Positions 1 through 8,576 of a DNA stretch of 64,000 nucleotides are shown here, in pieces; within the stretch, counting starts at the first letter, position 1, and each line of letters opens with the position of its first letter. The notes beneath the pieces were generated by a model. That model was not told the origin of the DNA. It ran no database searches and saw nothing but the letters and a program-made list of their open reading frames with translations. Origin of the DNA: Nitrospirales bacterium. Its GTDB lineage: Bacteria > Nitrospirota > Nitrospiria > Nitrospirales > UBA8639. The stretch spans positions 386,935-450,934 of the forward strand of contig OZ245007.1 of NCBI GenBank assembly GCA_965223635.1. The letters run 5' to 3'. The translations under genes and the position numbers were made by a program.

Positions 1-1
1 C

Positions 2-2476
2 AGAGCTATCGACCTCAACACGACGCTTTCTCAATTACCTCCGGATTCATGTTGCGCCCCCCATCACTGGCTCATGCCACTGGACTCATTGCAAGCACAT
101 TTCCCGCATGTGCCTCACGCGATAAGCAATATCCTGAAAATTGCACAAGCCTGTTACACGGATTGGTCGTCTCGAAAGAGCATCTTTCCCAACTTTGGAC
201 AACTATCCAATACGGATGCGTTCATAAAGCTTCAAGGAAAAACGTATGACGGAGCACAATGGCGCTATAAAGAACCTTCGTCTGCTGTCATCGATCGTAT
301 CGAGCATGAATTAGAGGTCATCCGCGATAAAGGTTATGCCCATTATTTTCTGGTTGTTGATGAGATTGTTCGCCAAGCCCCCCGCACCTGTGGGCGAGGT
401 TCGGCCGCAGCTTCGATCGTCTCGTATTGCTTGGGCATCACCCATGTCGATCCTATACGCCACAATTTATTTTTTGAACGTTTTCTTAATCCTGGACGTT
501 ATGATCCCCCAGATATTGACATTGATTTTCCTTGGGATGAGCGCGACCGCATCATAGATTTTGTCTTTGCCCGTTATGGCAGTCGACAAGCTGGCATGGT
601 GGCCAATCACAATACATTGGCGTTACGAGCCGCGATTCGCGAAGTAGCAAAAGTCTATGGCATGCCTCCGGCAGAAATACGCCAAGTCAGTCAGCTTTTT
701 GCACGTCAGCCTTCGTCTCTTGCCACTTTACGAAAACCATGGCCTGACATTCTTTCTCGCGCCCGCCAACTTCAGGGCCGCCTGCGACATCTCTCGGTGC
801 ATTGTGGTGGGATAGTGATTGTGCCTGATGACCTTCGGCGATATGTGCCGGTTGAAGTCACAGCCAAAGGTATTCCAGTCATTCAATGGGAAAAAGATCA
901 AACCGAAGATGCGGGACTCGTCAAAATTGATCTTTTAGGCAATCGTTCCTTAGCCGTCATCCGTAATGCATTAGCAGCCATTGCGGAGCACACCGGTAGA
1001 CATATCGACTATGCCAGATGGGATACGCTATCTGATCCTGCAACACAAACTCTCATCCAGCAAGGAAATACCATTGGCTGCTTTTATATTGAATCACCAG
1101 CCACTCGCCTACTGCTTAAAAAACTATGGATTGGCATGCCTACTCATCAGCGTGCTCAGGCTGATGTCTTTGAGTATCTGGTCATTGTCTCTTCGCTAGT
1201 GCGTCCGGCCGCCAATCGCTTCATTCAACAGTTTGTTCAACGGGCTCATGGCCAAGCTTATCGTCCGCTTCATCCCTTACTGGAAAGCACTCTGGCTGAC
1301 ACACATGGCATTATGGTGTATCAAGAAGACGTGACAAAAGTGGCGATGTGCTTGGCAGGGTTTTCTGCGAAAGAGGGCGATCAACTACGAAAAATCTTAA
1401 GCAAGAAACATAAGCACCGGCAGCTACAAGATTATCGACAACAGTTTTTCGACGGAGCCCTTACGCGAGGTGTGGATTCTCACGCCATTCAAACGGTCTG
1501 GAGCATGATTATGAGTTTTTCGGGCTATAGTTTTTGCAAGCCCCATTCAGCCAGTTACGCACAAGTATCTTTCAAGTCAGCCTATCTCCGCGCACATTAC
1601 CCAGCAGAATTTATGGCAGCCGTCATAAGCAATCAGGGTGGATTTTATTCTACTTTTGCCTATCTCTCCGAAGCACGCCGAATGGAATTAACTATTCTTC
1701 CCTTAGATATCAACACCAGCGAATGGGCATATCGCGGAATCGAGAGAACTCTCCATCTTGGGTTCATGCAACTGAAAAGGCTGGAACATACTTTCATCAC
1801 TCGAATCCTCGAAGAACGGAAACATAATGGCCCCTATCAATCATTTCAAGATTTTCTGACTCGCTTGAATCCCGAACTGGCACAAACACGTCTACTCATT
1901 CTCGCAGGCTGTTTCGACACAATTGCTGGGGAAGTCACTCGCCCGGGCTTACTCTGGCGCCTCTATGCCAAACACCCAAGCTCCCGCCTTTCTTCAAAAC
2001 AATCGGACCTAAAAAATGTCATTTCTCTTTTCCCACCTTCTTCAACTCTTCCGATCCCTAATGACTATACGCATGAGCGTCAGATTCAACATGAAATTCA
2101 GTTATTTGGCTTCCCACTTCAATGCCATCCTTTAACCCTCTACGCTCAATCTTGGTCGCATTTGAATCTTCTTTCTGCAAGAGAAATGTCTGTGCATATT
2201 GGACAACACATCACAATGGTGGGATGGCTGATTACTGAAAAGCCTGCCGTCACAAAACATGGCGAAGCCATGATCTTCCTCACTCTGGAAGATACAACCG
2301 GGCTTTACGACGCCACCATGTTCCCGAAGGTCTTTCAACAGTACGGACCATTGCTCTCAAATGAATGCCCTTTACTACTCAAAGGAAAGATCGAAGAAGA
2401 GTTTGGAGCTATCACGCTCACCATTACTCAAATGCGAATTATCGAACAAGAGAAAAGACAGGACAGCTTACGATAG
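2..2476 (+). CDS. dnaE2: DNA polymerase III alpha-subunit family, C-terminal ~825 aa. The 5' end lies outside the window. The short C-terminus suggests the DnaE2 (error-prone) type.
   Basis: The reading frame is open back to base 2. Motifs present: GRGSAAASIVSYCLGITHVDP, FERFLNPGRYDPPDIDIDF (palm aspartates) and FCKPHSASYAQVS. Only ~300 aa follow the KPHS motif, ending in an OB-fold-like tail with no long tau-binding extension. Confidence 0.85.
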   Translation, partial: RAIDLNTTLSQLPPDSCCAPHHWLMPLDSLQAHFPHVPHAISNILKIAQACYTDWSSRKSIFPNFGQLSNTDAFIKLQGKTYDGAQWRYKEPSSAVIDRIEHELEVIRDKGYAHYFLVVDEIVRQAPRTCGRGSAAASIVSYCLGITHVDPIRHNLFFERFLNPGRYDPPDIDIDFPWDERDRIIDFVFARYGSRQAGMVANHNTLALRAAIREVAKVYGMPPAEIRQVSQLFARQPSSLATLRKPWPDILSRARQLQGRLRHLSVHCGGIVIVPDDLRRYVPVEVTAKGIPVIQWEKDQTEDAGLVKIDLLGNRSLAVIRNALAAIAEHTGRHIDYARWDTLSDPATQTLIQQGNTIGCFYIESPATRLLLKKLWIGMPTHQRAQADVFEYLVIVSSLVRPAANRFIQQFVQRAHGQAYRPLHPLLESTLADTHGIMVYQEDVTKVAMCLAGFSAKEGDQLRKILSKKHKHRQLQDYRQQFFDGALTRGVDSHAIQTVWSMIMSFSGYSFCKPHSASYAQVSFKSAYLRAHYPAEFMAAVISNQGGFYSTFAYLSEARRMELTILPLDINTSEWAYRGIERTLHLGFMQLKRLEHTFITRILEERKHNGPYQSFQDFLTRLNPELAQTRLLILAGCFDTIAGEVTRPGLLWRLYAKHPSSRLSSKQSDLKNVISLFPPSSTLPIPNDYTHERQIQHEIQLFGFPLQCHPLTLYAQSWSHLNLLSAREMSVHIGQHITMVGWLITEKPAVTKHGEAMIFLTLEDTTGLYDATMFPKVFQQYGPLLSNECPLLLKGKIEEEFGAITLTITQMRIIEQEKRQDSLR

Positions 2477-2495
2477 CGTAAAAATTTTGGTATTG

Positions 2496-3104
2496 TTAAT
2501 TTAACATATATTCTAACTCATCATTCCATTTGGCTATGAAGAGCATAACTGAATAGCGCAATATCGTTTCGCTTTTACTGCAACATTTCGTTTTCCGACG
2601 AAAGCGTGCCAGAAAATGCCGCAACAAACTATTATAGCCTTCCACCATAAACGTTTCGGCATTGGACTGCCGGCGTATCTCTGGAGGGACGACATGCTCA
2701 TATAGCTCCCAATAGTCGGTTATGAAGGCTGTAATCATCGGACTCTTGATCGCTTCCCAGAATCATCGCCCTGTCACAACCCCTCGGGTGCCAGTGTCAG
2801 CATGGAAGAAGCGTTTGCCAAGTCGATCAACAGCAAACCAGATCCAGCAGTAGTTTTTATGCCCCACATAGCTATGCAGCTCATCGAGTTCCACGATTTT
2901 GGCAGCCAGATATTTAATCTGCGCTACATGTCTCCCAAAGGCTTTCACCCACTGATAGACCACCACATGACTAAACCCCAAGATCCGATCAATAGACCGA
3001 AACCCCAAGCCTTCCAGGTACAGAGTCAACACCAAGCGGCGTTGGTCTGGTGTCGCCGTATCGGATTTATGAACCACCGCAAAAAATACTGACACCGTTT
3101 GCAT
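2496..3104 (-). pseudogene. IS1-family transposase remnant: HTH plus DDE domain, interrupted by an in-frame TGA, with the N-terminal zinc-finger part missing
   Basis: ORFs 2763-3104 and 2496-2738 are in the same frame, separated only by TGA at 2763-2765 and 8 sense codons. The HTH block is LEGLGFRSIDRILGFSHVVVYQWV. The DDE-like blocks are ELDELHSYVG, ITDYWELY and VEGYNSLLRHFLARFRRKT (IS1 InsB-like). No terminal inverted repeats could be identified. Confidence 0.7.
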
Positions 3105-3267
3105 TTGTATCGTTTATTGTGGACCCCAATATGCGCTGTTATGGATTATAGAGTATGCACTTGCCTGTCTTGCCCTGTAGCTCTTTCAAGAAAGAAAGAT
3201 ATGAGATGGCATGATTTGATGAATTTGAATTTTTTGGGTACCACATTTTGCTAATCATGTTCAAAAA

Positions 3268-4449
3268 ATGAATGCCCGTCCTCGCATAAACACCAAGCGA
3301 AAGTTTGTCATCATTCTGGCCAGTCTGGTGTTTTTCGTGTGTATGGCTATCATTGCAATATTTGAATTTTTACTTGAAATCAAAAGGCCAACAGAGATTC
3401 CTTTTTACAATATTATTTATCCTTATGTTGAATTTCGACCTCCTTCAAATATCGTTTGGAATTCTCCGGAGCCTTCACCATCCTCTCGATCAGGAGAATA
3501 CGCCAAATCCTATACTAATCAAGATTCCTTTCGTATCGCATCTTCAGATTATCGTTTATTGCCGAAAAAACCTAAGGGGCAAATACGGATTGCGGTAATT
3601 GGAGGGTCAACAGTCCATGGTGGGACCACTTATGAAGTTACCTTGCCAGGTTCACTCAAGCACATCTTGCGTGCTGAAAACCCTGGCGTTGATATTGAAG
3701 TAATTAATGCTGGAATCACATCCGCCATCTCTCGCCAAACACTGGTACATCTCATTACGACGCTTGTCGATTATGATCTTGATTTGCTCGTGGTGTATGA
3801 TGGCATTAATGATAGTGGCCAGATGCTGTACTACGAGGAACGACCAAACTATCCCTATAACTATCGGGTCAAAGAATTAGCATGGGAGCAATATGTAGGA
3901 GGAAAACGAGACTCAATATGGCTGGAAATACTTCGGCGGAGTGCAATTGTTAATCGCTTGTGGCCCAATACTTTTGGTGAGACAACAATTCTGAAAAAAG
4001 CCAATGTCCAGAGCATCATAAGGATTCCTGGTGTTCGACGAAAATATGCTGATGCCTATATCAATAATTGGGAGAAAATTCGGAAAGTATGCCTCGCGTA
4101 TCAGATTGTCCCAACATTTGTCCTGCAACCTACCTCGTTATATACCACGTTTACGAATGATACCTTACCTGAGGAAATGATAAATAGCCCGAAAGCTGCG
4201 TTGTATGCCAATTACTTAGTTTATGAGGAAATGAGGAAACAAACGGGAATCTTCTCAAACTCAAACACTGATATCGTTGTCTTGGACCTTTCTTCTTTAC
4301 TTCCACTTGAAGCTTATTATGATGGTGCACATGTGTATGATGATATCAATACCAAAATTGCTAAGACGCTTGCCATCTCACTTCGTGCCAATCTTAAGCA
4401 ACTCATCAAAGAAAAACTGCACATGGATACAATGCAGTCAAACTCCTAG
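3268..4449 (+). CDS. Membrane-anchored SGNH/GDSL-type hydrolase or acyl-esterase
   Basis: An N-terminal TM helix (FVIILASLVFFVCMAIIAIF) is followed by block I IAVIGGSTVHGG, block III VVYDGINDSG and block V DGAHVYD. Confidence 0.7.
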   Translation: MNARPRINTKRKFVIILASLVFFVCMAIIAIFEFLLEIKRPTEIPFYNIIYPYVEFRPPSNIVWNSPEPSPSSRSGEYAKSYTNQDSFRIASSDYRLLPKKPKGQIRIAVIGGSTVHGGTTYEVTLPGSLKHILRAENPGVDIEVINAGITSAISRQTLVHLITTLVDYDLDLLVVYDGINDSGQMLYYEERPNYPYNYRVKELAWEQYVGGKRDSIWLEILRRSAIVNRLWPNTFGETTILKKANVQSIIRIPGVRRKYADAYINNWEKIRKVCLAYQIVPTFVLQPTSLYTTFTNDTLPEEMINSPKAALYANYLVYEEMRKQTGIFSNSNTDIVVLDLSSLLPLEAYYDGAHVYDDINTKIAKTLAISLRANLKQLIKEKLHMDTMQSNS

Positions 4450-4791
4450 CACGGTTTGTTCTAGACGAATGCCATTCTGGAATGTTGGAAAATCCGCTAG
4501 CAGCGTTCCCGCCATTATTCCGGACCTTGGGGCTGTGAGCGCTCACGTAGATCAGTAAGCTCTGCGCGGAAAAATGGCTGCGGTCTTGCTGGACGGAATT
4601 TTTTAACCATTCCGTCGAATTGAACCCACCATGGCCTGAAGGTCTTTTCATAACTTGATATTAAATCATTCAACAGTCCGTTCTAGATGTGTTTGAGTGT
4701 AAGCACTATCCCATCAACCACCGCAAACCTTTTGCGGACAATCATGACATCAATGGCAGAGAAACATTTGCAAAAGACTCATCTGCATTCT

Positions 4792-6645
4792 TTAGAACCC
4801 GGTTCCGAGACGGAACAGAAAAATGTGAAAGTTTTCCTTAAGGTGGTATAGCCTTTCGAACGCGTAGCCGAGTGTCGCATAGAAGGGAAATGGCACTGTG
4901 GTTTGTGTGTAAATGAAGTCACCCTTGAATTGAAGGCCGATACGATAGTTGGCAAAATCTCTGAGACCCTCCACAGATCCATCATGGCGTATGGGGACTT
5001 CCAGGTTTACTAAGGCGGGTTGAATCGCGCTGCGGTTGCTTGGCAGCCATTGCGCTTGCCGGTCTTCCACTAGTCGATATCCAACAATGAATTCGTTTCT
5101 CCATTGGGTATGCGCTTGAGTAGAATCGTCTTTTACTTCACTTTGGTAGTAAGCACTTCGAAATCGTATATCGAATGGATTGAGGGATGGAACGAGATCA
5201 ATGCGTCTGATAGCAAAGCCGCCAAAAATTTCTTCCTTGTTTACCTCATTTCCCGAAGCGATGAGCGTGGTCTGTTCAGTATATCCGCCAAAGACTTCTC
5301 CCTCCCGAATATTATTTCCAAATAGTATCTTTGGTACTGGAAATACGTATGTGGCTTGAGCAACAAGGGCTCGCATATCGTCATTAGTGGGATAAAATCG
5401 ACTCGGATCGACATCCTGATATACATAGAGACCATTAAGAATCAATCGATGCAGTCCAAAAAGGCGAGACTGATAATTTACCAACCCTTTATATGTATTG
5501 ATACCTTCCCAATTAAGTCCGGGATCCCAAACCTCATGCGAAAACATGAATTCGCCAACAATTTTCCCTTCCCCTACAAGCCGGGATAGCCCAAGAGCCC
5601 CTTCATATCTTTGTGAATCTTCTTTTTTATCATCAAAAAGCTCGGCCGACGTTGTCCGGCGTATCGCTTTGGCTCCCGCCTTGATAAAGGCATCAATTCC
5701 TTGTGGAAGCCGAAAGTCGTTGGTAAAGGCAATCCCATATTCATGGCCAACATCGTTAACATTGTTAGTAGGGTCACTAAAATCGGGAATTTTCGCGTCA
5801 TTAAAGCGAAGATAGCGATACGTCAGATCGATCGACCGCAACTTACCAATTTGAAATCGCAGGCGATTGGATGTCACTACGCTCAGCTTGCTTCGAGCAA
5901 TCCGCTTTAGTTCAGAACGAGAAAGTAGGCGGTTTAGTTTGATTGAACTTTGAGCGTAGAGCGCTTCAGATGTAAAGGCGCGGCTGTCTACCCATTGATA
6001 GTCAAAGGCAACCGTATCATTTCGCGCTTCGGTGATTGTACTGAAAAAAACAAATGGATCTTGGTTGCCAAAAGCCAACCCAATGCCGTTGGCTTGGTTG
6101 AGGTAGAAGAGAGCTTTTTTCAAGTCATCTTCGGTTCTTGCATCATTTCTTGCGCCCCAGCGGTCTTGTGCTTTGAGATTTGCAATTTTCTCCTGTGCAC
6201 GGCGATAATGTTCTTTGGCCTCCACGGCCAATCCCCCCCTGCGGACGCCACGTAACCATTGCAAATAGTCTCCGTAGATGAGTTCAAGCGCGGGCTCTTC
6301 CGGATGTAATTTGATGGCTTGCTCGTAATAGAAGGCGGCGCCAGGGTCTCCAGTCCTTTTCATCAGCTCAGCAAGAATACAGCGGCGATAGGGATAGTCA
6401 TTCGCATCCTCAGCTAAGGTTGTTGACAGGCGACGTTCGATTTCTGCTTGATACTGCTCTGGGAGGATTTGCCCTGCAAACCATGCGCATGCATACGCAT
6501 CGATCCGCTCAGAAGCTCGAAGGATAGAGGTAGGAGTACATATCCAGATAGCCAAAAAAATCACACCGATTTGGGCCAAAACTCGCTTAGCGCCCTTCTC
6601 GGCAGTTAGAACAGCTTTGCCACTTCTATGATTCATCATTGCCAC
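4792..6645 (-). CDS. Outer-membrane protein: N-terminal TPR-like helical region plus C-terminal beta-barrel
   Basis: The protein has a signal/anchor segment and a TPR-like stretch (GDPGAAFYYEQAIKLHPEEPALELIYGDYLQW). A long region of alternating hydrophobic beta-strand pattern follows. It ends with the OMP signature, a terminal aromatic residue (FRLGTGF). Confidence 0.6.
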   Translation of the reverse strand: MAMMNHRSGKAVLTAEKGAKRVLAQIGVIFLAIWICTPTSILRASERIDAYACAWFAGQILPEQYQAEIERRLSTTLAEDANDYPYRRCILAELMKRTGDPGAAFYYEQAIKLHPEEPALELIYGDYLQWLRGVRRGGLAVEAKEHYRRAQEKIANLKAQDRWGARNDARTEDDLKKALFYLNQANGIGLAFGNQDPFVFFSTITEARNDTVAFDYQWVDSRAFTSEALYAQSSIKLNRLLSRSELKRIARSKLSVVTSNRLRFQIGKLRSIDLTYRYLRFNDAKIPDFSDPTNNVNDVGHEYGIAFTNDFRLPQGIDAFIKAGAKAIRRTTSAELFDDKKEDSQRYEGALGLSRLVGEGKIVGEFMFSHEVWDPGLNWEGINTYKGLVNYQSRLFGLHRLILNGLYVYQDVDPSRFYPTNDDMRALVAQATYVFPVPKILFGNNIREGEVFGGYTEQTTLIASGNEVNKEEIFGGFAIRRIDLVPSLNPFDIRFRSAYYQSEVKDDSTQAHTQWRNEFIVGYRLVEDRQAQWLPSNRSAIQPALVNLEVPIRHDGSVEGLRDFANYRIGLQFKGDFIYTQTTVPFPFYATLGYAFERLYHLKENFHIFLFRLGTGF

Positions 6646-6968
6646 GCCCTATTCCCTTTGCTTGATTCTGAATGAAAGTGTGGTTTTTCACGGTGAATAT
6701 CGTTGAGAAAATGGGAAATACTTGTAAGACTATATGAGAAAATACACTGTTACTCAAAGAATTTGGTGGGAGAAACGCCGATTTTTCAAGTGCTGAACAT
6801 GAACGTTCCAGGTCTCTGAGTTCATAGGGTCAAAGGATGGTGTGGTTGCCAATCAAGTTCACGAATGAAAAGCGAGGGATTTTACCCTACCAATGTGACA
6901 TATTCAATGAGTGCCGAGTGAGATACATCCGCTCCACAGTAGCAATCCTATCAAAGCTAGCGCGGAGG

Positions 6969-7515
6969 ACCACGTGTGAGCCCGTGGGTGAAAGCGCTCC
7001 CCGCTGGAAGCGGGGTTTCCTTGCCAAATGAGGGGTTTTAGATGACACTTGCGCATGGCAGTTCGTCTCAGTGCCCATGGTGCGTATCAGCATCAATACC
7101 ATGTGGTGTGGATCCCCAAGTATCGCCGACGCATCTTGCGAGGGGCAATCAAGCTCTTTGTGCAGGAGCATTTACCTCAGATCCAGCACTATCACCCCGA
7201 TGTGGAGGTCAAGCAATGGAGTGTGCAAGTTGATCATATTCATGTGGTGCTCGTGATTCCACCGAAATATGCGGTCTCGAGTATTGTGGGCAAGATGAAA
7301 GCGAATTTGAGTCGGCAACTTCGGCTCCGCTACCCGGATCTGAAGCGCACCTACTGGGGCGCGGTGTTGTGGTCTCCCGGGTTCTTCTCTTCGACCGTTG
7401 GGCTGAATGAGGCGGTGATCCGGCGGTATGTGGAGCATCAAGAACAAGTCGACAAAGGGCACCTGCAGCTTGAGTTTGAATTTTAAGTGCCACGGGCGTG
7501 AGCCCGTGGGTATCT
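6969..7515 (+). mobile_element. IS200/IS605-family insertion sequence (tnpA only) with subterminal hairpins
   Basis: A Y1/HUH transposase ORF is flanked by hairpins. On the left these are 6969-6986 (CCACG...CGTGG) and 6998-7014 (CCCCGC-TGGAA-GCGGGG). On the right it is 7490-7509 (CCACGGGC-GTGA-GCCCGTGG). The 14-nt string GTGAGCCCGTGGGT occurs at both ends (6975-6988 and 7499-7512). Exact termini are not determined. Confidence 0.8.
7055..7486 (+). CDS. tnpA: IS200/IS605 family transposase TnpA (Y1 HUH transposase)
   Basis: Motifs: YHVVWIPKYRRRIL, the HUH motif VDHIHVVLVIPP, and SPGFFSSTVG...IRRYVEHQ with the catalytic Tyr region. The start is ATG 7055, or TTG 7049. Confidence 0.9.
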   Translation: MAVRLSAHGAYQHQYHVVWIPKYRRRILRGAIKLFVQEHLPQIQHYHPDVEVKQWSVQVDHIHVVLVIPPKYAVSSIVGKMKANLSRQLRLRYPDLKRTYWGAVLWSPGFFSSTVGLNEAVIRRYVEHQEQVDKGHLQLEFEF

Positions 7516-7715
7516 ACTCTGACTTGGCGGAACCTGCCTTTTATCTTTTGATCAGAATCTTTCTTTAAAAACAAGGCTTTTAGCCGTTGCCATTCTGTTG
7601 TCATCCCCTTATTTAGGCCCTTATACTATCTCTTGAGGGAAGAAGGCCCAATCTGTGAATTGCGCCTTTTCTACCTCAAAGAAGTAGGAATACGTCCGTG
7701 TAGGGAGAGTTTCGT

Positions 7716-8462
7716 GTGAGGACAAGTGTCTTGATAGTTTGTCGTATTTTTTACCTATTGATTTTCTGCAGTGTGAGTGGGTGTCTAACTTCTGAGAATT
7801 TAGGTAACACTTCTGTAGAAGATTCTACCAATACACGATATGGATGGTGGGTGGGAAAAAAAGGAAAAGATGCGGCTGTCGATATCGGTTTTACGGGAAA
7901 TGGTCTTCAAATTGAGGTAGTGAGATCGTATAGTAAGAATATTAACAGCCCCGTAGGCTTAGGATGGATACATAATTATCTCATGCATATACGAAATGAA
8001 TCTGACACAACACTTACGTTGTTCAATTCGGATGGTTCAGAATTACTCTTTACCAAGACAGAACCGGGAATTTTTACCTGCGAGGATGAGGATGGACTAG
8101 TCATTCAACAATATGGAGATGGCAAGCTCGTTTTAGAAAGTGAAAGAGGGCCAGCGTTTCGTTTTAATTGGAAAGGTCGCCTTATGGAAATTGAGGGGAA
8201 ACAATATGCACACATTATTTCACTAGCATATGGCAGCGATGGTTATTTAGATTCCATTCGTGACGCTCAGGGACGTGAGATCATCTTTAATTATGATCCA
8301 GAAACTCATCGTGTAGCTTCTATTCGAGATGAAAGTGGCCGTTTCACCTCGTATAACCATAATGACCTTGGGCATCTCATCTCTGTGACTAACGCGGAGG
8401 GGATAACTAGTGAGTACACCTATTCTGTGAACAATAGCCTTGAGGCAGTTACGTTTCACTAA
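7716..8462 (+). CDS. Short YD/RHS-repeat lipoprotein (248 aa; probably a truncated N-terminal fragment of a larger RHS-type protein)
   Basis: A GTG start is followed by a signal peptide with lipobox (CSVSGC). YD-repeat-like units are present (FNYDPETHRVASIRDESGRFTSYNHNDLGHLISVTNAEGITSEYTY). There is no RHS core or toxin tip. Confidence 0.6.
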   Translation: MRTSVLIVCRIFYLLIFCSVSGCLTSENLGNTSVEDSTNTRYGWWVGKKGKDAAVDIGFTGNGLQIEVVRSYSKNINSPVGLGWIHNYLMHIRNESDTTLTLFNSDGSELLFTKTEPGIFTCEDEDGLVIQQYGDGKLVLESERGPAFRFNWKGRLMEIEGKQYAHIISLAYGSDGYLDSIRDAQGREIIFNYDPETHRVASIRDESGRFTSYNHNDLGHLISVTNAEGITSEYTYSVNNSLEAVTFH

Positions 8463-8576
8463 TATCAACCTACTCGTATTCATAAAATAGCAATGGGAAA
8501 AGAGTGCTCATGGCCATTGAAAGAGAGGGCAACGAGCGTTCCAGACAAGACCAGTCTTAGATAGCGAGATGTAACC

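Noticed and set aside
2477-3267. Terminal inverted repeats and target duplication of the IS1-like element
   Set aside because: I could not find convincing matching ends by eye, so the element boundaries are left undefined.
4535-4616. Perfect 12-bp palindrome GTGAGCGCTCAC (4535-4546) and 8-bp hairpin GACGGAAT-N9-ATTCCGTC (4592-4616) between the SGNH and OMP genes
   Set aside because: Neither is followed by a U tract on either strand, there is no second copy, and neither has a clear positional relation to a promoter. I cannot assign a function.
4406-4651. 81-aa minus-strand ORF in the SGNH/OMP convergent gap
   Set aside because: It has no motifs or start context, and it overlaps the 3' end of the SGNH gene.
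6764-6790. TGGTGGGAGAAACGCCGATTT as a possible remnant of the tRNA-Pro 3' end (the far att site of the polysaccharide island)
   Set aside because: Only about 10 of 21 positions match TGGTCGGGGCGAGAGGATTT, which is indistinguishable from chance.
7209-7604. 131-aa minus-strand ORF across tnpA and the IS200 right end
   Set aside because: It is antisense to TnpA. IS200-type elements carry only tnpA, and the product is an Arg/Ser/Pro-rich shadow sequence.
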